Shown piece by piece: positions 17,533 through 26,197 of a stretch of 45,224 nt of DNA. The stretch comes from Bacillota bacterium (GTDB taxonomy: Bacteria; Bacillota; Limnochordia; DTU087), in contig DAIQRD010000004.1 in assembly GCA_036786445.1 (NCBI GenBank), positions 1-45,224 on the forward strand. Direction: 5' to 3'. The notes below the pieces were generated by a model. The model made no database searches. It worked only from the letters and a program-made list of their open reading frames with translations, and was not told where the DNA came from. A program made the position numbers and the translations under genes. Position 1 is the stretch's first letter, and each line of letters starts with the position of its first letter.

Positions 17533-18462
17533 ATGGGATCTGAGCTCAAGGGGGATAATGCGGGTTTAGATAATGCTAATCGTATGTATACTGAGGCAGA
17601 GGATCAGCTAGTCCTGGCCAAGTGGTGGAATAAGAAATTGCGACCAGAATTGGCGGAGGAATTGGGTAGGACAGAGGCTGCCTTGGCGCAGCGGTTCTAT
17701 GCCATCTTGAAGAAGCAGGGGCTAGATCCAAAAGCGTACAGAAATGATATGAAACAACAGGGTAGTAGGCGACATCTGCAATCCACGCCGCTGAGTAAGC
17801 GGGCTTGGACTCGGGATGAGGATATTATGCTTTGGCGGCGGCTTAAGGCAGGAGAGAGCCTTGATTCCACAGTAGCTAGCTTACCTGGCCGCACCATCGA
17901 GGAATGTAAAGAACGCTATGAAATCCTACAGCAAGCCAACGAGGCAAATACTGTTTCCAATGATGTCAGCAGACAGGAGTCTATGGAACCTACCCAAGTC
18001 AAGGAGGCAAGTCAACAGGCAGAGGAACCTGAGCCTGAAGATTTTCTGGATGCACTCAGACAGTTCCCACAACAGGCGGGGTCATTGAGTCACCGCATGG
18101 ATGCCATGGAAAATGATGTGAAATACGTAAAAGGTAATCTCCAGTTTGTTCTGGAGCATCTAGCCCAGGGTTTAGGCAATGTAGCTCAATATCTCACCGG
18201 TCAGGGTCAGGATTTCAGTACCTTTGAAGCCATTAAGCAGGAAAACCAGTCCCTGCGCAACGAGATAACCGAACTCAAACAGCGAGTAGAGAGTGAGAAA
18301 AAGGAACTCAGGCAAGTCTACAATGAGCTGGAGTTTTGGTTGAGCGAATTCATGGAGATGAGGAAGATCGAGAAGGTGGCCAACCTAGGAGAGTTGATAC
18401 CTAAACTCAAGTATTCCTACGATAGATTTGGGGTGTTGCTCCAGATAGAGAGAGACGCATAA
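17533..18462 (+). CDS. RsfA-like protein with two Myb/SANT-like repeats and C-terminal coiled coil
   Basis: Repeat 1 is YTEAEDQLVLAKWW..LGRTEAALAQRFYAILKK. Repeat 2 is RAWTRDEDIMLWRRL..LPGRTIEECKERYEILQQ. An acidic linker follows, then heptad-like IKQENQSLRNEITELKQRVESEKKELRQVYNELE. ATG 17533 follows AAGGAGGGGG; the track ORF opens at 17500. Confidence 0.65.
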   Translation: MGSELKGDNAGLDNANRMYTEAEDQLVLAKWWNKKLRPELAEELGRTEAALAQRFYAILKKQGLDPKAYRNDMKQQGSRRHLQSTPLSKRAWTRDEDIMLWRRLKAGESLDSTVASLPGRTIEECKERYEILQQANEANTVSNDVSRQESMEPTQVKEASQQAEEPEPEDFLDALRQFPQQAGSLSHRMDAMENDVKYVKGNLQFVLEHLAQGLGNVAQYLTGQGQDFSTFEAIKQENQSLRNEITELKQRVESEKKELRQVYNELEFWLSEFMEMRKIEKVANLGELIPKLKYSYDRFGVLLQIERDA

Positions 18463-18505
18463 GGTCAATGGTTAAGCCAGTTGGCTTATTATGGAAAAAG
18501 CCTTG

Positions 18506-18540
18506 CCCTGGGGTTTAGTACACCAGGGTCTTGTTTTTCT
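18506..18540 (+). terminator. intrinsic terminator after the RsfA-like gene
   Basis: Stem CCCTGG/CCAGGG, 11-nt loop, followed by TCTTGTTTTTCTT. Confidence 0.55.
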
Positions 18541-18651
18541 TGCAGGGTTTTCCTCCTATATGGCGAACAAAAACAGATACCCTCGACCTTGGGGCAGCTA
18601 AGTAAATGCATGCTGCAACGAGGTATCGGCTGGGGAGGAAGGAGAGATAGT

Positions 18652-19839
18652 TTGCAGAACAGGAAGGTTTGTGTACTCGGAATTATACTATCATTGATAA
18701 TCTTCATGACACCGGGTCAAGTCCACGCCCTAACTGCCGATGATTTGGCAGTCGATGCAGCATTATTGATTGTGGTAGGTAGAGAGCAAGTATTGATGGA
18801 GAAGAATGCTGATAAGCAGTTAGAACCCGCCAGCATTACCAAGATCATGACAATGCTGCTTGCTTTAGAAGCTGTTGAAAGGGGAGAAAGCACCCTTACC
18901 GACGAGGTTCTGGTGAGTCCCGATGCCCAGGCAATAGGAGGTTCTCAAGTTTGGTTGCGAGCAGGTGAAGTCTTCAGCCTGGAGCAATTGCTCAAGGCCG
19001 TGGCTATTCAGTCAGCTAACGATGCTGCATATGCTGTTGCGGAACATATAGCAGGATCTGTGCCAGCTTTTGTGAGACAGATGAACCGAAGGGCACAGGA
19101 ATTGGGTATGGATAATACTCATTTTGCTAATGCCCACGGTTTGCCAGCAGAACCTGGTCAACAGCCCAGCGTTACTACAGTTAATGACATCAACAAGATG
19201 ACCCAGGCCCTCTTGAAGTTCCCTGTTGTATTAGAATGGACCTCCACTTGGTCTGAAGTATTCCGTCCAGGCAATCCCCCGACGGTTCTACACAATACTA
19301 ACCGTTTGCTAAGGGAATATCCTGGCTTAGATGGGCTGAAAACGGGGCATACCGACAAAGCAGGCTATTGCCTAGTAGCGACGGCTTCCCGCGATGACCT
19401 ACGGTTGGTATCCATAGTTATGGGTGCTATTAGTGATCTAGAGCGTCGGCAGGATTCGAGAAGGTTATTTGATTATGGCTTCAAAGGTTTCACCTCCCAA
19501 CGGCTAGTAGCGAGCCAAGACGTCATCGGCGAAGCAGTAGTGAAAAACGGTTCTCCAGAGAAAGTCAATGTGGTGGCCTTGCAGGATCTAGATGTCTTGA
19601 TGGAAAAAGGTAGTACTGATAACTGGCAATTCGATTTGCAGTTAAAACCCGATCTGGGGGCCCCTTTGGTTCCCGGAGACGTGATCGGCTCACTAGTAGC
19701 TACTGCAGACGGCCTGCCGCTAGGTCGGATACCCGTGGCAGTGCAGGAAAATGTGAAAATGGCTAACGGATTTGTGAAAGCTTGGCGATGGCTTAGAGAC
19801 TTGGCAAAGTCTATCATAAAGACTGAATCTGTAGGGTAG
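18652..19839 (+). CDS. D-alanyl-D-alanine carboxypeptidase (S11, DacB/DacF-like)
   Basis: SxxK (ASITKIMT), SxN (SANDAA), KTG (KTGHT) and a PBP5 C-terminal domain. TTG 18652 follows GGAGGAAGGAGAG and yields a clean signal peptide, MQNRKVCVLGIILSLIIFMTPGQVHA. The track ORF opens at 18481. Confidence 0.88.
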   Translation: MQNRKVCVLGIILSLIIFMTPGQVHALTADDLAVDAALLIVVGREQVLMEKNADKQLEPASITKIMTMLLALEAVERGESTLTDEVLVSPDAQAIGGSQVWLRAGEVFSLEQLLKAVAIQSANDAAYAVAEHIAGSVPAFVRQMNRRAQELGMDNTHFANAHGLPAEPGQQPSVTTVNDINKMTQALLKFPVVLEWTSTWSEVFRPGNPPTVLHNTNRLLREYPGLDGLKTGHTDKAGYCLVATASRDDLRLVSIVMGAISDLERRQDSRRLFDYGFKGFTSQRLVASQDVIGEAVVKNGSPEKVNVVALQDLDVLMEKGSTDNWQFDLQLKPDLGAPLVPGDVIGSLVATADGLPLGRIPVAVQENVKMANGFVKAWRWLRDLAKSIIKTESVG

Positions 19840-19863
19840 TGGTTGTAGAGGGAGTTGTTGTCG

Positions 19864-20808
19864 GTGGGACGGCTAGTGGAGGCGGCCCCTGCCAAAATAA
19901 ACCTTGCTTTAGAGGTCGGTGGATTGAGGCCAGATGGTTATCATGACATCCACTCAGTGATGCAGTCCCTTGATTTGAGGGACACCATCATACTAGAGGA
20001 TCGTCCTGCGGGGGTGTCCTTGACATGTTTAACGGGGGATCCCCTTGATCAGGGTGCTTTGGCTTACATGGGCTCTGACCCGGGGTATATGCCCCCCTCC
20101 GATTGCCGGAACATAGCTTGGCAAGCAGCAGAGCTTTTGATGGAAGCGACTGGTATAAAGCGGGGTCTGCACATTGTCCTTCGCAAAGTTATTCCGGTGT
20201 CTGCGGGTCTTGGCGGCGGGAGTGCTGACGCGGCCGCTGTATTAAGGGGCTTGAACCAAGCTTGGAATCTAGGGCTGACTATGGAAGAGTTGGTGACTAT
20301 TGGCGCAAGAGTAGGAGCCGATGTCCCCTTTTGTCTGTTAGGCGGAACTGCGGAAGTCAAGGGCATCGGGGAGCATGTAGTTCCTTTGCCTGCAGCACCA
20401 TCTTGGCCTGTGATTTTAGTCAATCCTCCAGTGGGAGTATCTACTGCTGTCTGTTATTCAGAGTATGATAGGCTCCTGCAACCGGTTAGTGTAGATGTGG
20501 ATGCCATGGTGGCGGCCTTAGCGGCAGAGGATTTGCAGCAAGTGGCTACCCATCTAGGTAATTCCCTGGAGACAGTCACTTTCACTCAGTTGCCCTCATT
20601 GGCTAGGGTGAAGGTTACTCTGGTAGAATGTGGCTGTATAGGTGTGATGATGAGCGGGAGCGGACCTACGTTTTTTGGCCTAGTAAATGATGTTGACCAT
20701 GGGGATAAGGTTTTTGCGAAACTGAAGGCCGCACTTAAGCAGGAACCTTTAGATGAGATGCCTAACGTCTATTTGACAAGATTTAGGTCAACCCCTGAGG
20801 TCGTTTAG
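19864..20808 (+). CDS. ispE: 4-diphosphocytidyl-2-C-methyl-D-erythritol kinase
   Basis: APAKINLALEV N-terminal motif and GHMP kinase loop IPVSAGLGGGSADAAAVL. GTG 19864 sits 9 nt after GGGAG. The track ORF opens at 19855. Confidence 0.9.
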   Translation: MGRLVEAAPAKINLALEVGGLRPDGYHDIHSVMQSLDLRDTIILEDRPAGVSLTCLTGDPLDQGALAYMGSDPGYMPPSDCRNIAWQAAELLMEATGIKRGLHIVLRKVIPVSAGLGGGSADAAAVLRGLNQAWNLGLTMEELVTIGARVGADVPFCLLGGTAEVKGIGEHVVPLPAAPSWPVILVNPPVGVSTAVCYSEYDRLLQPVSVDVDAMVAALAAEDLQQVATHLGNSLETVTFTQLPSLARVKVTLVECGCIGVMMSGSGPTFFGLVNDVDHGDKVFAKLKAALKQEPLDEMPNVYLTRFRSTPEVV

Positions 20809-20884
20809 TTCTACAAGGGTAGAGACATTTTCTGAGAACTTGGCGCATGTCTGCAAGCATACTAGAAAGGAGGCGCTTTTGGCG

Positions 20885-21580
20885 ATGCACAGACGATTGA
20901 TGCCTATAGAATTGGACAATTATAAACCTCTCCGGGACATCGTGTTTGAGACGCTAAGAGAGGCGATAATTGCGGGCCAGTTGCGCCCCGGTGAGCGACT
21001 TATGGAAGTGCAGATTGCTGAGGAGCTCGGTGTTAGTCGCACCCCTGTGCGGGAAGCCATTCGGAAATTGGAATTAGAGGAATTTGTGGTGATGGTCCCC
21101 CGCAAAGGCGCCTATGTGGCTGGTATTTCCATCAAGGATATTACAGATGTTTTTGAGATTCGCAGGGCCTTAGAGGGTTTGTCAGCAGAATTGGCAGCCG
21201 AGCGCATGACCGAAGAGGAATTGGATGAGCTAGAAAGCATCATGGTTAGTACAGCTGAGACTACGGAAAGGCTAGATGTTGTATCGGCTGTGGATATGGA
21301 TACAGGGTTTCACCAAGTGCTCTATGAAGCTAGCCGTAACGAGAAATTACGTGGCATGCTGTATCACCTACGGGAGCAGATCCAAAGGTTCAGGACTCAA
21401 TCATTGGGTAGGCCTGGGCGTCTACAGCGTGCTCTAGTAGAGCACCAGGGTATCGTGGATGCTCTCCGGAGCCGTGACTCAGAGTTAGCTCGGCAGCTGG
21501 CAGAGCAGCACATAGATAACGCCGAAAGTGAATTACTGGACGTGTTTCAAGAAGACGTGAAAGAGGAAGAGGAATCATGA
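20885..21580 (+). CDS. GntR-family transcriptional regulator (FadR/FCD subfamily)
   Basis: wHTH LRPGERLMEVQIAEELGVSRTPVREAIRKLELEEFV followed by a helical FCD-like domain. The start is ambiguous (20840, 20885 or 20900). Confidence 0.85.
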   Translation: MHRRLMPIELDNYKPLRDIVFETLREAIIAGQLRPGERLMEVQIAEELGVSRTPVREAIRKLELEEFVVMVPRKGAYVAGISIKDITDVFEIRRALEGLSAELAAERMTEEELDELESIMVSTAETTERLDVVSAVDMDTGFHQVLYEASRNEKLRGMLYHLREQIQRFRTQSLGRPGRLQRALVEHQGIVDALRSRDSELARQLAEQHIDNAESELLDVFQEDVKEEEES

Positions 21581-22392
21581 TCCAGGTGGATGCAGTGGTG
21601 CTAGCTGGTGCGAAGAATACCGGCCGGTTACGGGAAATGGATGGCAGCTACTATGAAGCTAGTATAAAGATAGCCGGGCGGCCCATGGTCTACTATGTGC
21701 TGGATGCTTTGGCCGCGGTTCCCGAGATACGGCGGATCATGGTTGCTGCTCCATCTGGAGCGTTCCCAGATGATCAGGGTAACTGGCACGGCAAAGTGTC
21801 TTTCACTGCGGCGGGTGATAGCCTCCTAGAGAATATTCGCAGAGGTATCAAAGCCCTGAATACCAATGCAAAGGTGTTGATCGTGACATCTGATATTCCA
21901 CTGCTTAACCCAGGGGCTGTATCTGATTTTATCCTGCGCTGCCAAGAGCGGGAAGCTGATGTCTACTACCCAATCATTAGTCGAGATGTCAATGATCATG
22001 AGTTCCCGGGAGTAAAGCGCACGTACTTTCGCCTGCGGGAGGGTGTGTTTACCGGAGGCAATATGGCGCTTATATCACCTCAGATTTTCGAAGCTTACCA
22101 GCCCATAATCGAGCAAGCAATTGCCATGCGCAAAAACCCGTGGAAGTTGAGTCGGCTTTTGGGGATCAAGTTCATTTTTAAGTTCATGCTCAAGCAGCTA
22201 AGCATTGGCGAGATTGAGTCTCGTGTAGAGGATGTGTTGCAGCTCCGCGGCGTGGGAGTGATCTCGCCATACCCTCAGGTTGGTATCGATGTAGACAAAC
22301 CCAGCGATCTACAGCTTGCCCGGCAGGTGCTGGAAGGAGTGGATTGTGCAGCGGGGGATCCCATGAAAGGTACCGATTTGCATTACCATTGA
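21577..22392 (+). CDS. MobA-like NTP-transferase family protein (substrate unknown)
   Basis: N-terminal nucleotide-binding loop VDAVVLAGAKNTGRL and IVTSDIPLL block. The start overlaps the GntR stop (ATGA), implying translational coupling. Confidence 0.7.
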   Translation: MIQVDAVVLAGAKNTGRLREMDGSYYEASIKIAGRPMVYYVLDALAAVPEIRRIMVAAPSGAFPDDQGNWHGKVSFTAAGDSLLENIRRGIKALNTNAKVLIVTSDIPLLNPGAVSDFILRCQEREADVYYPIISRDVNDHEFPGVKRTYFRLREGVFTGGNMALISPQIFEAYQPIIEQAIAMRKNPWKLSRLLGIKFIFKFMLKQLSIGEIESRVEDVLQLRGVGVISPYPQVGIDVDKPSDLQLARQVLEGVDCAAGDPMKGTDLHYH

Positions 22393-22431
22393 GGATAACC
22401 AGCTGAAGCTAGCTTTGCCAGCAAACGACTA

Positions 22432-22461
22432 GCATAACGACCTCCCAAAGGTATCAAACTA
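22432..22461 (+). promoter_or_regulatory. sigma-G-like promoter of SASP gene 1
   Basis: GCATA (22432-22436), 18-bp spacer, CAAACTA (22455-22461). It lies 27 nt upstream of the ATG. Confidence 0.55.
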
Positions 22462-22488
22462 GAGTTGAACCCGACAGGAGGTGAGATC

Positions 22489-22728
22489 ATGGGTACTGGT
22501 CAGAAAAGCAACCAGCTAATGGTGACAAACGCATATAACGCTATGGAGCAGTTTAAGTATGAGACTGCCAATGAACTCGGTATTCAAGTGCCAGATGGTG
22601 GGTACTGGGGTCACGTGCCCTCCCGGGATTGCGGAGCCGTTGGGGGCAACATGGTACGGAAGATGATTGCAGCAGCGGAGCAGGCCCTGATTAGTCAGGC
22701 TACCTCCAATGCACCTAAGAATTACTAA
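22489..22728 (+). CDS. small acid-soluble spore protein, alpha/beta type
   Basis: QFKYETANELGIQVP...YWGHVPSRDCGAVGGNMVRKMIAAAEQ is the clostridial-type alpha/beta SASP signature. ATG 22489 follows AGGAGGTGA. The gene occupies the sspF position of the B. subtilis map. The track ORF opens at 22465. Confidence 0.92.
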   Translation: MGTGQKSNQLMVTNAYNAMEQFKYETANELGIQVPDGGYWGHVPSRDCGAVGGNMVRKMIAAAEQALISQATSNAPKNY

Positions 22729-22757
22729 TGTACACAGCATCGGCTTAGCATTTCATC

Positions 22758-22783
22758 AGCCCGCCTTCTGGCGGGCTTTATGG
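22758..22783 (+). terminator. intrinsic terminator after SASP gene 1
   Basis: Stem AGCCCGCC/GGCGGGCT, loop TTCT, followed by TTTAT. Confidence 0.7.
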
Positions 22784-22900
22784 TATTCGGCATAGTCTGG
22801 CAGGACTCTGGTGACGTATTCCCGAAATCTCAATAAGGCCATTACTTAACCGGTGTGGTGATAGGAATCAAGCCGATATCTGCGGTGGGAGGAGACAACT

Positions 22901-24286
22901 ATGTCAATAGCTGCAATAGTCTTAGCTGCAGGGAAAGGTACCCGCATGAAGTCCGCTATTCCCAAGGTGTTGCACCAGATCTGTGGACTTTCCATGGTGG
23001 GACACGTGGTTAGAAACCTGGAGGAAGCTGGGATCCAGCGGATCATCGTCGTCGTGGGACCTGATGGACTAGAGGCCGAATTGGGTCCCAGTGTTGAGTA
23101 CGTGGTGCAAATGGAGCAATTGGGGACTGGCCATGCTGTCATGCAGGCAGAGGAAGCATTGAAGGGGCATTCCGGTCCTGTTTTGGTGATCACTGGGGAC
23201 TCACCGCTATACCGAGGGGAGACTCTACTGGGCTTAATCAGCTACCACTTAGATGGCGGTGCTGTGGGTACGGTCCTGACAGTTGATGTCGCCGATCCCG
23301 CGGGCTATGGCCGGATTATCCGAGATGCCGATGGGAATCTAGAAAAGATTGTGGAGCAAAGAGATACAACCCCTTCCCAAGCTTTAGTAAAGGAAATCAA
23401 CAGTGGAACTTTTGTATTTGCCAGTGTCCCCCTCTTTTCAGCGCTACGGCGCATAAGGCCACAGAATGCGCAAAATGAGTATTACCTTCCTGATGTCCTT
23501 ACCATTTTGAAGGAGGCATATGGTAAGGTGCAAATCTTTAAGCATCACGACCCTGAAGAAGCTCTAGGGATCAATGATCGTGTTCAATTGGCCGCGGCTG
23601 AGCAAATCCTGCGCAACCGGGTGCGGGAGGCATGGATGCGGGCTGGTGTCACCATGATCGACCCTGCCACCGTTTACATAGATGCCGAGGCAGAGTTGGC
23701 ACCAGATGTAGTCCTCTTGCCGTTTACGTTTATTGAAGGGCACACAACGATTGCAGGTGGGTCTGTAATCGGACCGTTTACCCGCTTGCAGGATGCCAAA
23801 GTGGGGGAAAATGTAACTGTTAGCCAAGCAACTGTAATAGCAAGCAGCCTAGGCTCCCGATGTGTGGTGGGACCATATAGCCATATCCGGCACGGCTGTG
23901 ATATTGCGACCGGAGCCAAAGTGGGGGGGTTTTGCGAAATTAAGAATACAACCATTGGGTCTGGCAGCAAAGTGCCCCACCTAAGCTATTTGGGAGATAC
24001 TGATGTGGGGAGCGATGTAAACATTGGAGCTGGCACTATTACCTGCAATTACGATGGGGTTTTGAAACACCGCACGATAATCCAGGATCAAGCCTTTGTT
24101 GGTAGCAACTGCAACTTAGTGGCTCCCATCGAGGTGGGTGCCAGTGCGTATGTCGCCGCCGGATCGACTATCACAGGCAATATCCCCCCTGGTGCTCTGG
24201 GTGTAGCCCGTAGCCGACAAAAGAATATCGCCGATTGGGCGACTAAATGGAGCAAAAAGCATTCTGCTGAAGAGGAATCACGATAG
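22901..24286 (+). CDS. glmU: bifunctional UDP-N-acetylglucosamine pyrophosphorylase / glucosamine-1-phosphate N-acetyltransferase
   Basis: AIVLAAGKGTRMKS N-terminal loop, and left-handed beta-helix hexapeptide repeats in the C-terminal half. GGGAGGAG upstream. Confidence 0.93.
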   Translation: MSIAAIVLAAGKGTRMKSAIPKVLHQICGLSMVGHVVRNLEEAGIQRIIVVVGPDGLEAELGPSVEYVVQMEQLGTGHAVMQAEEALKGHSGPVLVITGDSPLYRGETLLGLISYHLDGGAVGTVLTVDVADPAGYGRIIRDADGNLEKIVEQRDTTPSQALVKEINSGTFVFASVPLFSALRRIRPQNAQNEYYLPDVLTILKEAYGKVQIFKHHDPEEALGINDRVQLAAAEQILRNRVREAWMRAGVTMIDPATVYIDAEAELAPDVVLLPFTFIEGHTTIAGGSVIGPFTRLQDAKVGENVTVSQATVIASSLGSRCVVGPYSHIRHGCDIATGAKVGGFCEIKNTTIGSGSKVPHLSYLGDTDVGSDVNIGAGTITCNYDGVLKHRTIIQDQAFVGSNCNLVAPIEVGASAYVAAGSTITGNIPPGALGVARSRQKNIADWATKWSKKHSAEEESR

Positions 24287-24343
24287 CATTCTCGAATATT
24301 CCCAAGGCACTTTCAATATATTCAAGAACAGGAAGTGACAGGT

Positions 24344-25297
24344 TTGGCCATCAGGCATAACTATAAAAAACTCAAGATTTTTACTGGGAATGCCAATCCG
24401 AAATTGGCTCAGGATATTGCTAGGTACCTGGGAACTACAGTAGGTCAATCTGAGATCAATCGATTCAAAGATGGGGAGATCAATATCCGCATCGGAGAGA
24501 CAGTCCGGGGTGCCGATGTCTTCGTAGTGCAACCCACCTCTGCTCCTACCGATACCCATTTAGTAGAACTGCTGATTATGATGGACGCCTTCAAGCGGGC
24601 ATCTGCTAAGGAAGTTGCAGCAGTCATCCCTTACTATGGATACGCCCGGCAGGATCGCAAGACTCAGCCTCGGGATCCCATCAGTGCTAAGCTGGTAGCA
24701 AACATCTTGACTGCTGCCGGGGCCGATCGTGTGTTGACCATGGATCTGCACGCCGGTCAGATTCAAGGTTTTTTTGACATACCGGTAGATAATCTGAGGG
24801 GCATGCCCATCTTGGCCACTTACTTCCAGGAGAAAGGCCTAGATGATCTTGTAGTAGTATCACCGGATGTGGGGGGGGTGTCCCGGGCTCGGGAGTTTGC
24901 CAATCGTCTCGACTGCACGCTGGCCATTGTGGATAAACGGCGTCCTGCACCTAACGTGGCGGAAGCTGCCAACATTATCGGGGATATTGAGGGTAAAACG
25001 GCCATAATAATCGATGACATAATCGATACCGCCGGCACTATCTGTGAGGCAGTGAGGGTGCTTTTGGATCGGGGGGCTAAGGAAGTGTACGCCTGTTGCA
25101 GCCACCCGGTGCTGTCACCACCGGCCACCGAGCGTTTGGCTGCATCACCGGTGAAAGAAGTGGTAGTAACGAACAGCATCCCTCTACCGCCGGAAAAGCA
25201 ACTGGACAAGATCAAGGTCCTATCAGTGGCACCCCTTTTCGGGGAGGCAATCCGGAGAATCTTTGAGGAGCTGTCGGTAAGCAAATTATTCGACTAG
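24344..25297 (+). CDS. prs: ribose-phosphate pyrophosphokinase
   Basis: LKIFTGNANPKLAQDIA, YYGYARQDRK, PRPP loop AIIIDDIIDTAGT. TTG 24344 sits 10 nt after AGGA and gives the canonical N-terminal length. The track start GTG 24335 abuts the SD. Confidence 0.92.
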   Translation: MAIRHNYKKLKIFTGNANPKLAQDIARYLGTTVGQSEINRFKDGEINIRIGETVRGADVFVVQPTSAPTDTHLVELLIMMDAFKRASAKEVAAVIPYYGYARQDRKTQPRDPISAKLVANILTAAGADRVLTMDLHAGQIQGFFDIPVDNLRGMPILATYFQEKGLDDLVVVSPDVGGVSRAREFANRLDCTLAIVDKRRPAPNVAEAANIIGDIEGKTAIIIDDIIDTAGTICEAVRVLLDRGAKEVYACCSHPVLSPPATERLAASPVKEVVVTNSIPLPPEKQLDKIKVLSVAPLFGEAIRRIFEELSVSKLFD

Positions 25298-25329
25298 ATA
25301 GCTAGTTATTTGGTGTTCGCGACGGTTTG

Positions 25330-25358
25330 TTGACCGGTTACGGTGTCAATGATATAAT
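25330..25358 (+). promoter_or_regulatory. sigma-A promoter upstream of rplY/ctc
   Basis: TTGACC (25330-25335), 17-bp spacer, TATAAT (25353-25358). Confidence 0.6.
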
Positions 25359-25429
25359 ATTATAGCTAAAGGTGGGTGTTCACTCGCCTATTTAGAGTGT
25401 TTGTTGGCAATGTAAGGAGGACACAACGT

Positions 25430-26074
25430 ATGGGACAGTTTCAGTTGGCTGCGGAGCTCCGTGATGAAACGGGCAAAGGAGCCAACCGTCGATTGCGCCG
25501 CTCGGGATATATACCCGGTGTTATCTATGGTTCTAATAAGGAGAACATGAACCTCCAAGTGGAGGAACGTCTCTTTGCTCGGCTACTGCGGGAAGGTGGA
25601 GCTAACCGGCTCATCGCTTTGCAGCTAGGTGGCGAGGATAGAGCCGTCTTGATTCAGGAATTGCAGGTACATCCAGTCAAGGGCAGCCCACAACATATTG
25701 ATTTTCTTGAGGTGCGCCTTGATGAGGCGGTTAGTGTTATGGTGCCGATCCACCTTGTGGGAGAAGCGCAACGCACCCAAGATGGCGGGGTGGTAGCCTC
25801 GGCATTATGGGAAGTCGAGATCTCTTGTCTACCGACAGATATTCCTGATGGTTTGGAAATAGACATTTCCGGTCTACTGGTGGGCGAATCACTACAGGTG
25901 AAAGATCTTGAAGTTGTGCCTGGCATAACCTTGCTGACCGATCCGGAGGAAACGGTAGTCTCGGTAGTGCATCCTGAGGAGCTTGAGGAGGACACCGAGG
26001 AAGAGGAAGATGCTGAGGCCGAAGACGAACTTGAGGAAGGCGAGACTGAAGAGAATGATGAGGCGGATGAGTAG
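25430..26074 (+). CDS. rplY: 50S ribosomal protein L25 / general stress protein Ctc, with long acidic C-terminal tail
   Basis: RRLRRSGYIPGVIYG motif and Ctc-type beta-barrel domains. ATG 25430 follows AAGGAGG. The last ~45 aa are almost entirely E/D. The track ORF opens at 25376. Confidence 0.9.
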   Translation: MGQFQLAAELRDETGKGANRRLRRSGYIPGVIYGSNKENMNLQVEERLFARLLREGGANRLIALQLGGEDRAVLIQELQVHPVKGSPQHIDFLEVRLDEAVSVMVPIHLVGEAQRTQDGGVVASALWEVEISCLPTDIPDGLEIDISGLLVGESLQVKDLEVVPGITLLTDPEETVVSVVHPEELEEDTEEEEDAEAEDELEEGETEENDEADE

Positions 26075-26140
26075 ATCTGCCTTTTGGATAAAGCCTAAGG
26101 GCTCTATTCAACCTGCCTGGAATAGCAGGATATTTTGTGC

Positions 26141-26179
26141 AAATGCGTGGCGGGTTAGGGGCTACGCATTTTTGCTTTG
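26141..26179 (+). terminator. intrinsic terminator after rplY
   Basis: 10-bp stem AAATGCGTGG/CTACGCATTT (one G-U pair), 11-nt loop, then TTGCTTTG. Confidence 0.65.
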
Positions 26180-26197
26180 TGGAGACGGTAATTTCAT

